From the IMG/VR virus record IMGVR_UViG_2882253857_000001, positions 8,239-72,238 of that record: 64,000 nucleotides of DNA; one strand, 5' to 3'. The translations under genes were made by a program, and so were the position numbers. Below are positions 47,661 through 57,659 of this stretch, piece by piece. Each line of letters starts with the position of its first letter. Position 1 is the stretch's first letter. The stretch comes from a virus. Lineage: Duplodnaviria; Caudoviricetes. Below the pieces are notes generated by a model. The model saw only the letters and a program-made list of their open reading frames with translations. It made no database searches and was not told where the DNA came from.

Positions 47661-48962
47661 ATGGCAAAAGGCAGCATTGAGAAACGAGGAGTAAATACCT
47701 GGAGGCTAACGGTTGATCTTGGATTTAATCATGACGGTACTAGAAATCGTCCAAGAAAACGGGTCGAGGTGGATGATCCAGAAATTCTGAGGTCGAAGAG
47801 AGCTCTAGATGAGTATCTCGATGGTGAATTATTTAAGTTTAAACAGGAAGTTGAGTCAGGCGAGTACATCAAGCCAGAAAAAATGACCTTTGAAGCGTTT
47901 GTCTTGGATGAATGGATGGAAAAGTACGCTAACGACCCAAATAACCTCTCCCCCACTACACTCGCTACTTATGAAGGGATAATTGAATCTCGATTAATTC
48001 CGCAATTTGGTCATAAGCAAATCGATAAGATTAGCACAATGAGTCTTGTTACTTTTATGAAAAGCTTAGAAAAACCAGGGGCAAGAAGACCACCTGTCAC
48101 TAAAAAACCACTTACTGAAAAGCAAAAGAAAAAACTTATGGAGCCATTAGAACCTGGTACAATTGTTTATATCTATAGAGTGCTTAAAAACATATTCAAA
48201 CAAGCTTTTGATTGGAGAGTAATCAAAGTCAACCCAATGGATGGTGTTAAAAAACCATCCGAGAGAAATTCTAAGGAAAAAATAATAGCTCAACGTAAAA
48301 ATCCACAATATTACGATGAGGATGAAGCGCAACAAGTTGTTGATGCTCTCTATAAAGAATCTCGAAAGTGGAGACTTCTTATTCTTGGCTCAATGATCGG
48401 TGGTTTCAGAAGAGGTGAATTATTAGGATTAGAATGGCCGCTAGTTTTTTTCGAGCGTAACTTCATCTCTGTGGAAAATAACATTCCTTATACTAAAAAA
48501 GGGAAAGCCATCGAGAAAGGTCCTAAATCATCATCATCTTATCGAGATACTGATATGCCGGAGTGGTATATGGAAGAGTTAGAGATTTATAAAAAGGAGT
48601 GGGAAGAAGAAAAAGAATTCTTAGACGACAAATGGGAAGGTGAAGATCGACAATTCGTATTTCATAATGGTAAAGGAAAGCCATACTACTATCAGCATCC
48701 ATCAAAATGGTGGAAACGATTTTGTAAGCGACATGGAATTAGATACATTAAATTTCATGGCTTGCGTCATAGCTCAGGAACTCTTCTTTTGGAAGATGAG
48801 GATGAAACTAATTTTGACTCAATTTTGAAAGTCATTCAAGAGCGGTTAGGACACGCCAGATTATCAACTACTACCGATATCTATGTTCACGTTACCAAAA
48901 AAGTAATAAGACGTACAACCGGGAAATTTGATAAATTCGCGCGTGGTAGTAAAAAAAAATAA
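47661..48962 (+). CDS. int: Tyrosine integrase of prophage
   Basis: GFRRGE, FHGLRH, RLGH, DIYVH. Confidence 0.95.
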   Translation: MAKGSIEKRGVNTWRLTVDLGFNHDGTRNRPRKRVEVDDPEILRSKRALDEYLDGELFKFKQEVESGEYIKPEKMTFEAFVLDEWMEKYANDPNNLSPTTLATYEGIIESRLIPQFGHKQIDKISTMSLVTFMKSLEKPGARRPPVTKKPLTEKQKKKLMEPLEPGTIVYIYRVLKNIFKQAFDWRVIKVNPMDGVKKPSERNSKEKIIAQRKNPQYYDEDEAQQVVDALYKESRKWRLLILGSMIGGFRRGELLGLEWPLVFFERNFISVENNIPYTKKGKAIEKGPKSSSSYRDTDMPEWYMEELEIYKKEWEEEKEFLDDKWEGEDRQFVFHNGKGKPYYYQHPSKWWKRFCKRHGIRYIKFHGLRHSSGTLLLEDEDETNFDSILKVIQERLGHARLSTTTDIYVHVTKKVIRRTTGKFDKFARGSKKK

Positions 48963-49145
48963 AAACAATGTGATTATGAATCATTTTACCAACTATCGAT
49001 ACGTTATTTTTAATGGGGACAAAACGGGGACGGAATACAGTGTTTTATATAGAATTCATTCAATATGAGAACAACATGCGAACACCTGAAAGCCTTGATA
49101 TTACTGGTTATTCAGAAATTGTTCCATTTAAAATACGTTACCTAT

Positions 49146-49192
49146 CCACCTTGACAGGGTGGGGGTCAGTGGTTCGAGCCCACTACAGATCA
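49146..49192 (+). pseudogene. tRNA-Val(GAC) 3' fragment = att site
   Basis: CCACC-TTGACAG-GGTGG anticodon arm, AGTGG-TTCGAGC-CCACT T arm, ACAGATCA; no D arm or 5' acceptor strand. Confidence 0.9.
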
Positions 49193-49274
49193 TTATGCCT
49201 TATGGCACAAGGGTTTCCAGCGATTCATCCACTTATCAATAATAGGTGGTCGATAACTGACACGTTTATATCAC

Positions 49275-49325
49275 AAAAAACCACTATCTTTAAGGACACA
49301 ATCTCCTTGAAGGTGGTGGTTTTTT
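49275..49325 (+). terminator. Long hairpin/terminator containing the integrase RBS
   Basis: AAAAAACCACTATCTTTAAGGA...TCCTTGAAGGTGGTGGTTTTTT, ending 2 nt before ATG 49328. Confidence 0.7.
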
Positions 49326-49327
49326 CT

Positions 49328-50248
49328 ATGCTATTCAAATTCGCGTTGACTGAGTTTAAAGCAGACCGAGAATATCGAAATGTGAGTGATCGTACTCTAA
49401 CTGCGTACATGAATCAGTTGAATGAATTTCATCAGTATTGTGTTAATCATGACGTGGTGAATCTGGAGGATTGTACAGCATCATTCATCAAACAGTATTT
49501 ACTCCATTGTAAGGAGAAAGGCAACAACCCAACAACGGTAAATACAAAGTTACACATCTTAAAAATCTTCTTCAATTACTTTGAAACTGAAATGGAAGTA
49601 TTTACTCCCAAGACTAATCCCACTAAACGGATAATCTTTGCCAAAGAAGAAATCAAAATCGAGGTATTTTCAGACGCACATATTAAACAGATGCTTAGAT
49701 ATTACCAATCCCTTAAATATCGGGATAAATCGCTTTACGCTTATCGAGATTACTTTATGATTATCTTTTTACTTGGTTCTGCTTGTCGTATCGGTGAAAC
49801 TGCAAATCTTAGGTGGAAAGATGTTGATCTCGTTAATCAAATCATTACCGTCAACGGAAAGAAACGAATAGCTAGTAGTATTCCTATGTCGGACAAGTTA
49901 AAAGCAGAGTTTTTAGAGTATCGACTGTTTATTGATCAACACTTCCCTACAATGCCCGAAATGGTGTTTACAAATCGAGACGGAAAACCATTAACCGATA
50001 ATGCAATTAAGTGCATTTTCAAGCATCTAAAGGCAATCATGAACTTTAAAGATGTTCGGCTTAGTGGGCATACGTTTCGCCACACAGCAGCGCATAGAAT
50101 GTTGATCGCAGGTGCAGATGTTGGCACAATACAGAAGATGCTACGCCATTCTAACGTTAGCATGACGCTAAGATATTTCTCTTTATGGGGAACCGCATTG
50201 GCAGAGCAAAACGAAAAGTTTAATGCATTAAATTCATTTGACCTATGA
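49328..50248 (+). CDS. int: Tyrosine integrase of second element
   Basis: ACRIGE, V.GK, HTFRH, MLRH, LRY; start moved from 49013 to 49328 (RBS). Confidence 0.92.
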   Translation: MLFKFALTEFKADREYRNVSDRTLTAYMNQLNEFHQYCVNHDVVNLEDCTASFIKQYLLHCKEKGNNPTTVNTKLHILKIFFNYFETEMEVFTPKTNPTKRIIFAKEEIKIEVFSDAHIKQMLRYYQSLKYRDKSLYAYRDYFMIIFLLGSACRIGETANLRWKDVDLVNQIITVNGKKRIASSIPMSDKLKAEFLEYRLFIDQHFPTMPEMVFTNRDGKPLTDNAIKCIFKHLKAIMNFKDVRLSGHTFRHTAAHRMLIAGADVGTIQKMLRHSNVSMTLRYFSLWGTALAEQNEKFNALNSFDL

Positions 50249-50427
50249 CAAATCACCATCCCATAAACGACAAAACATTAGTTTTACTCAAAATACTGTC
50301 TCAGCAAACCTCAACGCTACTAAAGGAGTATCAAAGCTCATCATTAGACCGCAAAAGGGCTATAATGTACGAAATTGAACGTTTGCGAATGAAACGAGAA
50401 TCACTTATTCAAACCAAACTAATTTAA
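50245..50427 (+). CDS. Hypothetical protein
   Basis: ATGA overlap with integrase. Confidence 0.5.
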   Translation: MTNHHPINDKTLVLLKILSQQTSTLLKEYQSSSLDRKRAIMYEIERLRMKRESLIQTKLI

Positions 50428-50443
50428 GAGGAGAGATTTAACT

Positions 50444-50758
50444 ATGACAACTTTAAAAATGACGTTTGATGTAAAGAAAATGGATGACATGAACGCTGAG
50501 GAAATGAATCAATTACTCTTCAACACTTTAGACGAAGGGAAGCATGGATTACTCCTCTTTGTTTATCATATGGCTGGTAAGACAATGTTTGAGGATTATA
50601 ATTTTTACATTCGTAATGATAAAGCTGCTAAAGACTTTATTGATAATATTTGGGACGGAAATTTTGAAGACTTTAAAGGGAATATGCAACGCTATGTTGA
50701 TAAATACATCTATTCAGTCGATGAAGTGGAAGAGGATTATTCACACCTGATTAATTAA
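50444..50758 (+). CDS. Hypothetical acidic protein
   Basis: Strong RBS GAGGAG. Confidence 0.75.
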   Translation: MTTLKMTFDVKKMDDMNAEEMNQLLFNTLDEGKHGLLLFVYHMAGKTMFEDYNFYIRNDKAAKDFIDNIWDGNFEDFKGNMQRYVDKYIYSVDEVEEDYSHLIN

Positions 50759-50774
50759 CTCAAAATAAATTAGT

Positions 50775-50804
50775 AGAGGGTAGTCCATAATCGGGCTGCC
50801 CTCT
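50775..50804. terminator. Hairpin between convergent genes
   Basis: AGAGGGTAGTC/GGCTGCCCTCT. Confidence 0.65.
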
Positions 50805-50812
50805 TTCTACGC

Positions 50813-51970
50813 TTAATAGAGTCCCTTAATTCGTATCCGTTGCCATGTTGATATGCGTGGATCGTCTACAGATGTTGTGAGTAGTTGCATATAAAACATA
50901 TCACTTTTAGCCGTAATTGTAATTGCATTGCCTGATATTGCAGATGTATATTTTGTTGTACTAACAGTAGATGTTTTATCGTCTGCGAAAACTTGGAATG
51001 TTACTGCATTGCTTGTAGAGACATCACCATCATAAATAGTTCCTGTAAATGTTACTGATGTATTAATAGTGATATAGAAATAGTCATCTGTCTTGTTGTT
51101 GGGTTTGCTTGATGTAATTACAATCGTCTTAACCTCTGGGATATCCTCAACACTAATATCGACTGTATCGTATATGAAGCCATTACTGGCATTTGTGACG
51201 GTTATAGTGACATTCCCATCTGCTAGTCCACTAACAACCCCTAAACCGTCTACAGTGGCAACAAAAGCGTCTGACGTTGTGAATGTCACTGGTGCATTAT
51301 TTGTACTCGTCCAATTCAATTGAAACGTGCTCCCAACAAATACACTAATAGGGTTACTGTTCGTTACGTTAATAGGACATGCTTTCCCATTAGCAATATT
51401 ATGTTCTACATCATCTAATGCGGGATTAATTTGTGTTCTCTCACAAGTCAGAATAGCAATCCCAGGTTGAGTAAAAGTGTCATTCGTAACTATTTTAAAT
51501 TTGTTCCCCTGAATCATAAATTCATCACCACTTATGACACTCAATTCCATTGTATGAATAGGAAGATATACAACTATCTTGTCTTGGATGAGTGTTAATA
51601 CGGTTCCGTTTTTAAACGATGGATTACTATTTTCTATATAAGCAAATGCAGACTCAAACACGCACTTGTGACTGAATGTAATCTCATGTGGTAAAGGGCG
51701 TATAAGCCCCTTGTAGTGTCCGTAGCGCTTATCATTGACCTCACTGATAACCATATACTTATTGCCGTTATAGTCAATCAGATCCCCCCGTTGAAGAGTC
51801 TCAATAGTAGATATCTTTCTATCATCATAATCTGTATTCAGATTCGTGCTAGTATTTGTTATTGTTGCTTTTATTGGAGTGGGGCTGTTATTAACAGTTA
51901 CGCTGCGACCTACATTATCAAGCATAAATTGAAAATTGGATTCGTTGTCTATATCGAATAGATTGATCAT
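50813..51970 (-). CDS. Head-closure-like protein fused to Ig-like (Big_2) domain(s)
   Basis: RGDLIDYNGNKYMV and GDEFMIQGNKFKI modules; VTFTTSD..VATVD..G.V.G...G.VTIT Ig motif. Confidence 0.7.
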   Translation of the reverse strand: MINLFDIDNESNFQFMLDNVGRSVTVNNSPTPIKATITNTSTNLNTDYDDRKISTIETLQRGDLIDYNGNKYMVISEVNDKRYGHYKGLIRPLPHEITFSHKCVFESAFAYIENSNPSFKNGTVLTLIQDKIVVYLPIHTMELSVISGDEFMIQGNKFKIVTNDTFTQPGIAILTCERTQINPALDDVEHNIANGKACPINVTNSNPISVFVGSTFQLNWTSTNNAPVTFTTSDAFVATVDGLGVVSGLADGNVTITVTNASNGFIYDTVDISVEDIPEVKTIVITSSKPNNKTDDYFYITINTSVTFTGTIYDGDVSTSNAVTFQVFADDKTSTVSTTKYTSAISGNAITITAKSDMFYMQLLTTSVDDPRISTWQRIRIKGLY

Positions 51971-52097
51971 ATTGTTATCCTTTCTTATTTTGTAGATTAA
52001 TTACAAAAGAAAAAGAAGGTCATCCCGTTACCTAGCGGATTACACTAGGACAATAGGACACCTTCTAAATTTAGTGTATACTGTTTAAAATTAATGC

Positions 52098-52256
52098 TTA
52101 GAATTGTTTTCTTGTTTTGTTTCTAACGATGCCCATGATACTAATGATAATAGCCCCAATAAGAGCCATAAAAGGCAGTGTGGACAGGTTACCTAGTGTA
52201 AGCATCATTGTAGTAGATGCCAAGATACAAAGAACGTATAGACCATTTTTAACCAT
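52098..52256 (-). CDS. Small two-TM membrane protein (moron)
   Basis: Hydrophobic 52 aa, upstream TGnTATAAT, long downstream hairpin plus T run. Confidence 0.55.
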   Translation of the reverse strand: MVKNGLYVLCILASTTMMLTLGNLSTLPFMALIGAIIISIMGIVRNKTRKQF

Positions 52257-52328
52257 ATGTACCGCCCCCTTGAGGAATATTATGGATTTATTCAGTTGCA
52301 TTATATCATATATAATAGTTACTTTATA

Positions 52329-52673
52329 CTAATGATTAAACAACATAAATGTGCTCCCTTGTGTCCCTGAATCGCCATTAGAAGGTAACAGGCGTATCTT
52401 TTGATCAAGTTGATCAATTCGATTCTGTAGTGACTCTGCAAAGTCAGAAACAGTCATATCATCGAGTTTACGGCTTGCCATGAGTTGCGGATTATTAGCA
52501 ATCGCTTCTAGGCAGGAAAGAGCCGTTTGATATATGTAACGTTTACTATTATTAAATGCTGGATTATACTCCTCTGTTGGTGATAGTGATGATTCTTCCA
52601 GGAAAATAGATAGTTCATCATCCGTGAACCCTGATTGTTGTATTTCGAGTTTTAAACGGTCGAGATTTGTCAT
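52329..52673 (-). CDS. Head-tail adaptor-like protein
   Basis: MTNLDRLKLEI...FTDDEL..FL; helical, downstream of portal. Confidence 0.6.
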   Translation of the reverse strand: MTNLDRLKLEIQQSGFTDDELSIFLEESSLSPTEEYNPAFNNSKRYIYQTALSCLEAIANNPQLMASRKLDDMTVSDFAESLQNRIDQLDQKIRLLPSNGDSGTQGSTFMLFNH

Positions 52674-52731
52674 GTTTAATTACTCCTTTTTGAATTCTTG
52701 TTAAAGAAAAAACCGCCTTAATTGGCGGTCA

Positions 52732-53367
52732 TTAGTATGAAATATCAACAATTTGAAATTTCTTACTACTACGATTGTTATCGACAGTATAATATACTTT
52801 CTTATATATCTTTTCTCCAAGACCATTTGTTACTTCCATGTCATATAATAATTCAATTTGATCATACGTATCTCCATATGTAAATTCAAATGAATCAGTC
52901 GATTCTCTTAGGATTTTTATCTCTGAATCACTTTTCTCACGTTCCTTATAGTATTCTAATTCTTGTTTTAAATAATCATTGAAATCTTTATACTTTTCTT
53001 TTCCATTGCCATAATTAACATCAATTTCATACATATCGTGATCCTTGGTATACGTTTTTAAGGGTTTTTCTTTATCAATTACTCTAATAAATTTATAGTC
53101 CAATACATTAATAAAATCATTGACCCCACTTTCTACATAATCATATGTGCTCTTACCTTGCTGAATTGCCTTTATGTATTTGGCTACTGTAATCTTTGCT
53201 TTGGCTTGTGTGGTCATAAAGTTATAATAATAAAGTGATCCACCCACAACTAAAATAACTACAACCAAAAGAGAAATAATCTTGCTTTTATGCCTTATCA
53301 GTTTATCGATGGTACTTTCCTTAGTCTCTATAGTTTCGAAATCCACTTCCACATTCCTCCAATTCAA
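52732..53367 (-). CDS. Membrane-anchored hypothetical protein (moron)
   Basis: N-terminal TM IISLLVVVILVVGGSLYYY; very AT-rich; own terminator at about 52705-52730. Confidence 0.7.
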   Translation of the reverse strand: MNWRNVEVDFETIETKESTIDKLIRHKSKIISLLVVVILVVGGSLYYYNFMTTQAKAKITVAKYIKAIQQGKSTYDYVESGVNDFINVLDYKFIRVIDKEKPLKTYTKDHDMYEIDVNYGNGKEKYKDFNDYLKQELEYYKEREKSDSEIKILRESTDSFEFTYGDTYDQIELLYDMEVTNGLGEKIYKKVYYTVDNNRSSKKFQIVDISY

Positions 53368-54032
53368 TATTTCCCATCATTCTACCATTTTCGATAATAT
53401 AGGTCTATGAGATTAGTAAAATATCAGGTTAGTGGTCTGAAGTGTTTTTATTAATTTTGGTCATCCAATTTTTATTTTTTAATTTTTCAAAATTAGTTCA
53501 GTTATGCAGAAATGGGTATGCTAGAGGCTCACTTTTTCGATTAGGGGTAGTCAACTTTCCCACTCATTTCACCCTAATTCCTCCACAATATCCCACGATT
53601 ATCTTCAACATACCTCATCATAATATGTAGAATAGTGCAAACTTCACCCCGAAATAACCTATTTACTAGTGAATTGGATAATATTAGTCGATAATCAGAC
53701 CACTAACTATATGATATAGTGGTCTAGTAGGTCTGATTTTCCTTGATATGACTAGGATTGAAGGGTAATTATATATAATGGAAGTAATATCCATAACTCG
53801 TGCATAACTGATATTATACACGGGTTTTTTATGCAGAAACAAAAAAGAAGAGGAGAAAAAAATTGTAAAAAAACGAGAGTTTAAAAATGAATACATTGAA
53901 ATATGTATTAAAGAACACAAATTGGTACCCGATACTAAATTTATATAATAACAAGAGCGCATGATGCAACATAGTTCCCTAATTATTATCTCTAATGTTT
54001 CCTTACTCTTCCCTACTCATTAAGACTCTTGA

Positions 54033-55340
54033 TTACTTAGCTTTATTCTTATATACTCCATTTCCCTCACTGATAATCAAATCCATCTCACTTGCTACAT
54101 CACTCACATATGGATTGTGCTTCAACACAGACTCTAAACTAATGCTATTCATTTCTCTCAATGTCTGCATATTATCTATAATATCCTTTGCAGAAGAAGG
54201 CATTGCATACTGAAAAGTTATAGTTATGCTGTCCCATTGTTCATTTGTATACCTCATACCTTGTTTATCTAACAGCGTTCTAAACTTAGTCAATCTATCC
54301 TTTAATCCTTCTCTTATGTATCGCTCTGTCATCATGGCTTTAAGGTTAGCCACACTATATAGTAACTTCAATGATACTTCTGAAATGTTGGAAATCTCAG
54401 CACGTCCAAAGGCTACACTAGGCGTACCGCTCACATCCATCAATGACATAGTTAGATGGTTGTACAATGTTTTAAATGCTTCATGATCAAACTCATTATT
54501 TTCGAATTTGAAATCAGCATCGCTATCTAATGTTATCCCACCGCCTACAATTTCAGTAGGCAAAGCATCTTCACCAGTCAAACGTTGTCCTTTTACAACT
54601 GGAATACCAGTGATAAATTTGTAAAAGCCGTCCACTGACTTAGAAATCATGTCTTCCATACTGTCAATAATATTAATGTAATCCTCTAAATCACTACGTC
54701 CAAACACATCATCAATGGGGTTATCATTACGATACAATACAGGCAATCCAGTTAAATTTGTATATGTCCCTCTATGCTTAATATCTCCACCGTTGTTGTA
54801 ATACTTCTCAACTCGATCATTATAGTAAACATTCCAAAAACTAACATTGTTAACTGTGTAACTCTCTACGAATCCAATGTATTCATTATCATCATCTACA
54901 ACAGGATAAGAGTCCGCTGCATCAATCAATTTACTTTTGACTTTGCCATCCTTGATATATACATACTCCCAACTGTTACCGTATCTATATACGCTTTGGA
55001 CAATATCAAAGTCTAGGTTCTCGTATCCATTCTTGTAAATGCTTTGAATTGCTGATACAACTTCCTTGTCTCCACTGTACGTAACGTTATTACCAACTAA
55101 ATAAGCCGTAGCATAATCAATCAATCTGGAACCATATGAAAGCAATATCTTTCTGGGCATAAATGGTTTACCGTTGAACATCTCAGGAGGTCTATTATTA
55201 ATCTTATGCTGTCCTGCTAAATAGAGTTTTTTATCTATGATATCGTTAATCCTCATTTGATTCCTGGCATCATTCACGAAATCAACAAACCAATTACTAC
55301 TGTATCGATTTTCATTAATAAACTGTTCAATACTACTCAT
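54033..55340 (-). CDS. Portal protein (SPP1 gp6-like)
   Basis: Y..G.H.I, Y++GN.V.Y, GRSDLE, SEVSLK.+Y, IS.ES....PYV.D. Confidence 0.85.
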   Translation of the reverse strand: MSSIEQFINENRYSSNWFVDFVNDARNQMRINDIIDKKLYLAGQHKINNRPPEMFNGKPFMPRKILLSYGSRLIDYATAYLVGNNVTYSGDKEVVSAIQSIYKNGYENLDFDIVQSVYRYGNSWEYVYIKDGKVKSKLIDAADSYPVVDDDNEYIGFVESYTVNNVSFWNVYYNDRVEKYYNNGGDIKHRGTYTNLTGLPVLYRNDNPIDDVFGRSDLEDYINIIDSMEDMISKSVDGFYKFITGIPVVKGQRLTGEDALPTEIVGGGITLDSDADFKFENNEFDHEAFKTLYNHLTMSLMDVSGTPSVAFGRAEISNISEVSLKLLYSVANLKAMMTERYIREGLKDRLTKFRTLLDKQGMRYTNEQWDSITITFQYAMPSSAKDIIDNMQTLREMNSISLESVLKHNPYVSDVASEMDLIISEGNGVYKNKAK

Positions 55341-55361
55341 ATAATTATCGCCCCTTATCGT

Positions 55362-56990
55362 CTATACGTACCACTTATTAGCCTTCTTAGCCTGAATACA
55401 CAAACCATGAGAGATAACCAAATCATCATGATTGTTCCTGCCACCTTTATTGCCTGTTTTACCTTTTGAATCCTCTATAAACAATTGCATTTGCTGTAAT
55501 GTCTCTTGACTGTTAATTAATATGTATCCACGTTCAAAGTTCTCTTTTAAATCGCTAATCATAATACTTTTGGTGACCTCAGTAGTGAGCCATCCTAGTA
55601 TCAATTTGCGTTTACCTCTATTATCAAAAGTCTTATGCTTATATAAATTCATATATTGATAATCTTCACGTAATCTCTGGATAACTGGCAATCCATAACT
55701 ATTCTTTTCGATTGCCAAATAAGCGTAATTATACAGTCTGCCTACTATATTCAGGAACTCGGCAAACTCATAAACGCTGATTTTATTATTATGAAAACTT
55801 AACACCTCTACACCTTCAGCATCCATTAAGGTCAATGTAGATGAATCACCGCCTGAACCACTTGATACATCTGAACCACCATAGAATTTTACATTATGCT
55901 TAGGTAAATGGTAGACACTCAAACCTTTTCCCAACCATTTATGTAATGTCTGCGGTAAACCTTTTTTCAATATTTCCTTATCAATAGGAGGGAAAAGGTT
56001 ATTCAAGCGGTCAATTATTTTACCTTGATCAAATACATTCCTGCCACTTGTTTTAAACGCCTCAGTGTGTGTACTAGGATACTCTGTTTGAAAGTCCACT
56101 GTTGACATACTGGTTAGTTTCCACTGTCTCCAGCACAACATGGCGTAGGTTGCACCAGCTTTATGTAGTCGCTTATCTTCATCAGTTGTTAGATCACTCT
56201 TATTCATTAATTGACCACGATTAATAGACTTGTACCATCCAACCGCATCATTAATCTCAGTTTTAAATTGAGTTTTATGTGCGTCACTAATCCAACCGTA
56301 AAAGTATGCTTTAAAATTTGTATTACCTTTAAATGATTTATTGAACACCTCATAAAAATAATTACTTGTACCGTTGGCTGTACTTTCGATTACAATTTTA
56401 CTGTCAGGATTTTTGGCTAGTGCTTGGGTAACACTTGTTAATAACTTAGCCTGATCAATCTCATAAAAAGCATACTCACTAAGTAATATGTATTGGTATG
56501 TAGATCCACGTCCAATGTGCTCGGCTGGTGGTGAAATCTGTATACGGCTGCCGTTAGATAGTAGCAATTCATCTTTGTTATCACGAACAGTTACAGGGAA
56601 GGTATATATATCCCTTGGTAGATTATCATTCATCAATTTTAAACGTTCAAACAACGTTGATACTTGCTTTCTATCTAACGAGACGATCATGTAACTACTG
56701 TTAGGACGATTAACCGCATTCCACAGACATATAGCAAGGGATACTGTAGAAAATCCAATTTGACGGCTTTTGAGGATTATATTGAACTTTCCCATAGATT
56801 CAACAAAATCTGCCTGCTCCTTGTTAAATTTAAAGGGAATCAATTCACCAAAGTTGTCAAGAATCTTCACAAAGTCAGTACAGAAGAGGGGGAAGTTACC
56901 CATAATCTCATTGAATCGTTCCTGTTTGATATCCTTTGTTTTCTTAATAGTTTTTTTGTTGCTTGTAAGTGGTTTAACCTTTAATGCCAT
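55362..56990 (-). CDS. terL: Terminase large subunit
   Basis: ILKSRQIGFST, LSEYAF, ESTANG, GSDVS.G.GGDSS, HDDLV. Confidence 0.92.
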   Translation of the reverse strand: MALKVKPLTSNKKTIKKTKDIKQERFNEIMGNFPLFCTDFVKILDNFGELIPFKFNKEQADFVESMGKFNIILKSRQIGFSTVSLAICLWNAVNRPNSSYMIVSLDRKQVSTLFERLKLMNDNLPRDIYTFPVTVRDNKDELLLSNGSRIQISPPAEHIGRGSTYQYILLSEYAFYEIDQAKLLTSVTQALAKNPDSKIVIESTANGTSNYFYEVFNKSFKGNTNFKAYFYGWISDAHKTQFKTEINDAVGWYKSINRGQLMNKSDLTTDEDKRLHKAGATYAMLCWRQWKLTSMSTVDFQTEYPSTHTEAFKTSGRNVFDQGKIIDRLNNLFPPIDKEILKKGLPQTLHKWLGKGLSVYHLPKHNVKFYGGSDVSSGSGGDSSTLTLMDAEGVEVLSFHNNKISVYEFAEFLNIVGRLYNYAYLAIEKNSYGLPVIQRLREDYQYMNLYKHKTFDNRGKRKLILGWLTTEVTKSIMISDLKENFERGYILINSQETLQQMQLFIEDSKGKTGNKGGRNNHDDLVISHGLCIQAKKANKWYV

Positions 56991-57076
56991 TTCATTTCCT
57001 TCCTTTCACTTTTAACGCAAAAAAAGAGGAATCCTATAAATAAGGAATCCTCTGAAAATAGTTACTATTTGATTAT

Positions 57077-57445
57077 CTACTCACCTTGAAAATACTTTTG
57101 CGCTTCTCTGTAATGCTCATTGATTTCCTTTTGCAATTTCAACATTAATTCAACATCTTTAGGTTGTGGATCATTGTTAACTCGTTCCTTGACCTTTATG
57201 TATATCTCTTCCAAGTCCTTACCTTGATTCATCTGAAGCACAAGGGAGGTTATATGCTTAAACTGTTCGCTATTTTCCCATTCCCTAAAACTATCTAGAC
57301 TTTTAACCTTCATTTTCAACAGTAGTTCTTCTTCATTCGCTGGAACCTTATCCAATTGTCTCCAAAGATTGAAACGCCATTTCACATAAACTTTTCGCTT
57401 AATGCTCAGGCTCCGTATTACATCATATATACTTACATTTTCCAT
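57077..57445 (-). CDS. Putative terminase small subunit
   Basis: Small helical protein directly upstream of terL. Confidence 0.5.
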   Translation of the reverse strand: MENVSIYDVIRSLSIKRKVYVKWRFNLWRQLDKVPANEEELLLKMKVKSLDSFREWENSEQFKHITSLVLQMNQGKDLEEIYIKVKERVNNDPQPKDVELMLKLQKEINEHYREAQKYFQGE

Positions 57446-57659
57446 TTGCTATTCACTCCAGTTTAAAATAAGGGACAATAGAGATAATTCCAACTATTCC
57501 AATGTGTTACTACAAAAGATGTACGAAATCACTCATAATACATTATTTATTATTATATACGCACTTATGACCTATTCTCTTGAACCTAATCCCTTGATTT
57601 ATAAGGTACTAGGTAGTATAAGGCGCAAATCGATAATTTTATTGTAAATTTATGTATTT

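Larger units (their letters stand above)
1..49192. mobile_element. Temperate siphovirus-like prophage (left end outside window)
   Basis: Canonical module order tail-head-terminase-late activator-replication-cro/cI/ImmA-integrase, ending at a tRNA-Val 3' fragment. Confidence 0.95.

Noticed and set aside
49146-49192. Intact tRNA-Val gene
   Set aside because: The 5' acceptor strand and D arm are absent
49013-49327. 105-aa N-terminal extension of the second integrase in the ORF track
   Set aside because: It reads through the att/tRNA fragment, and a good RBS precedes ATG 49328
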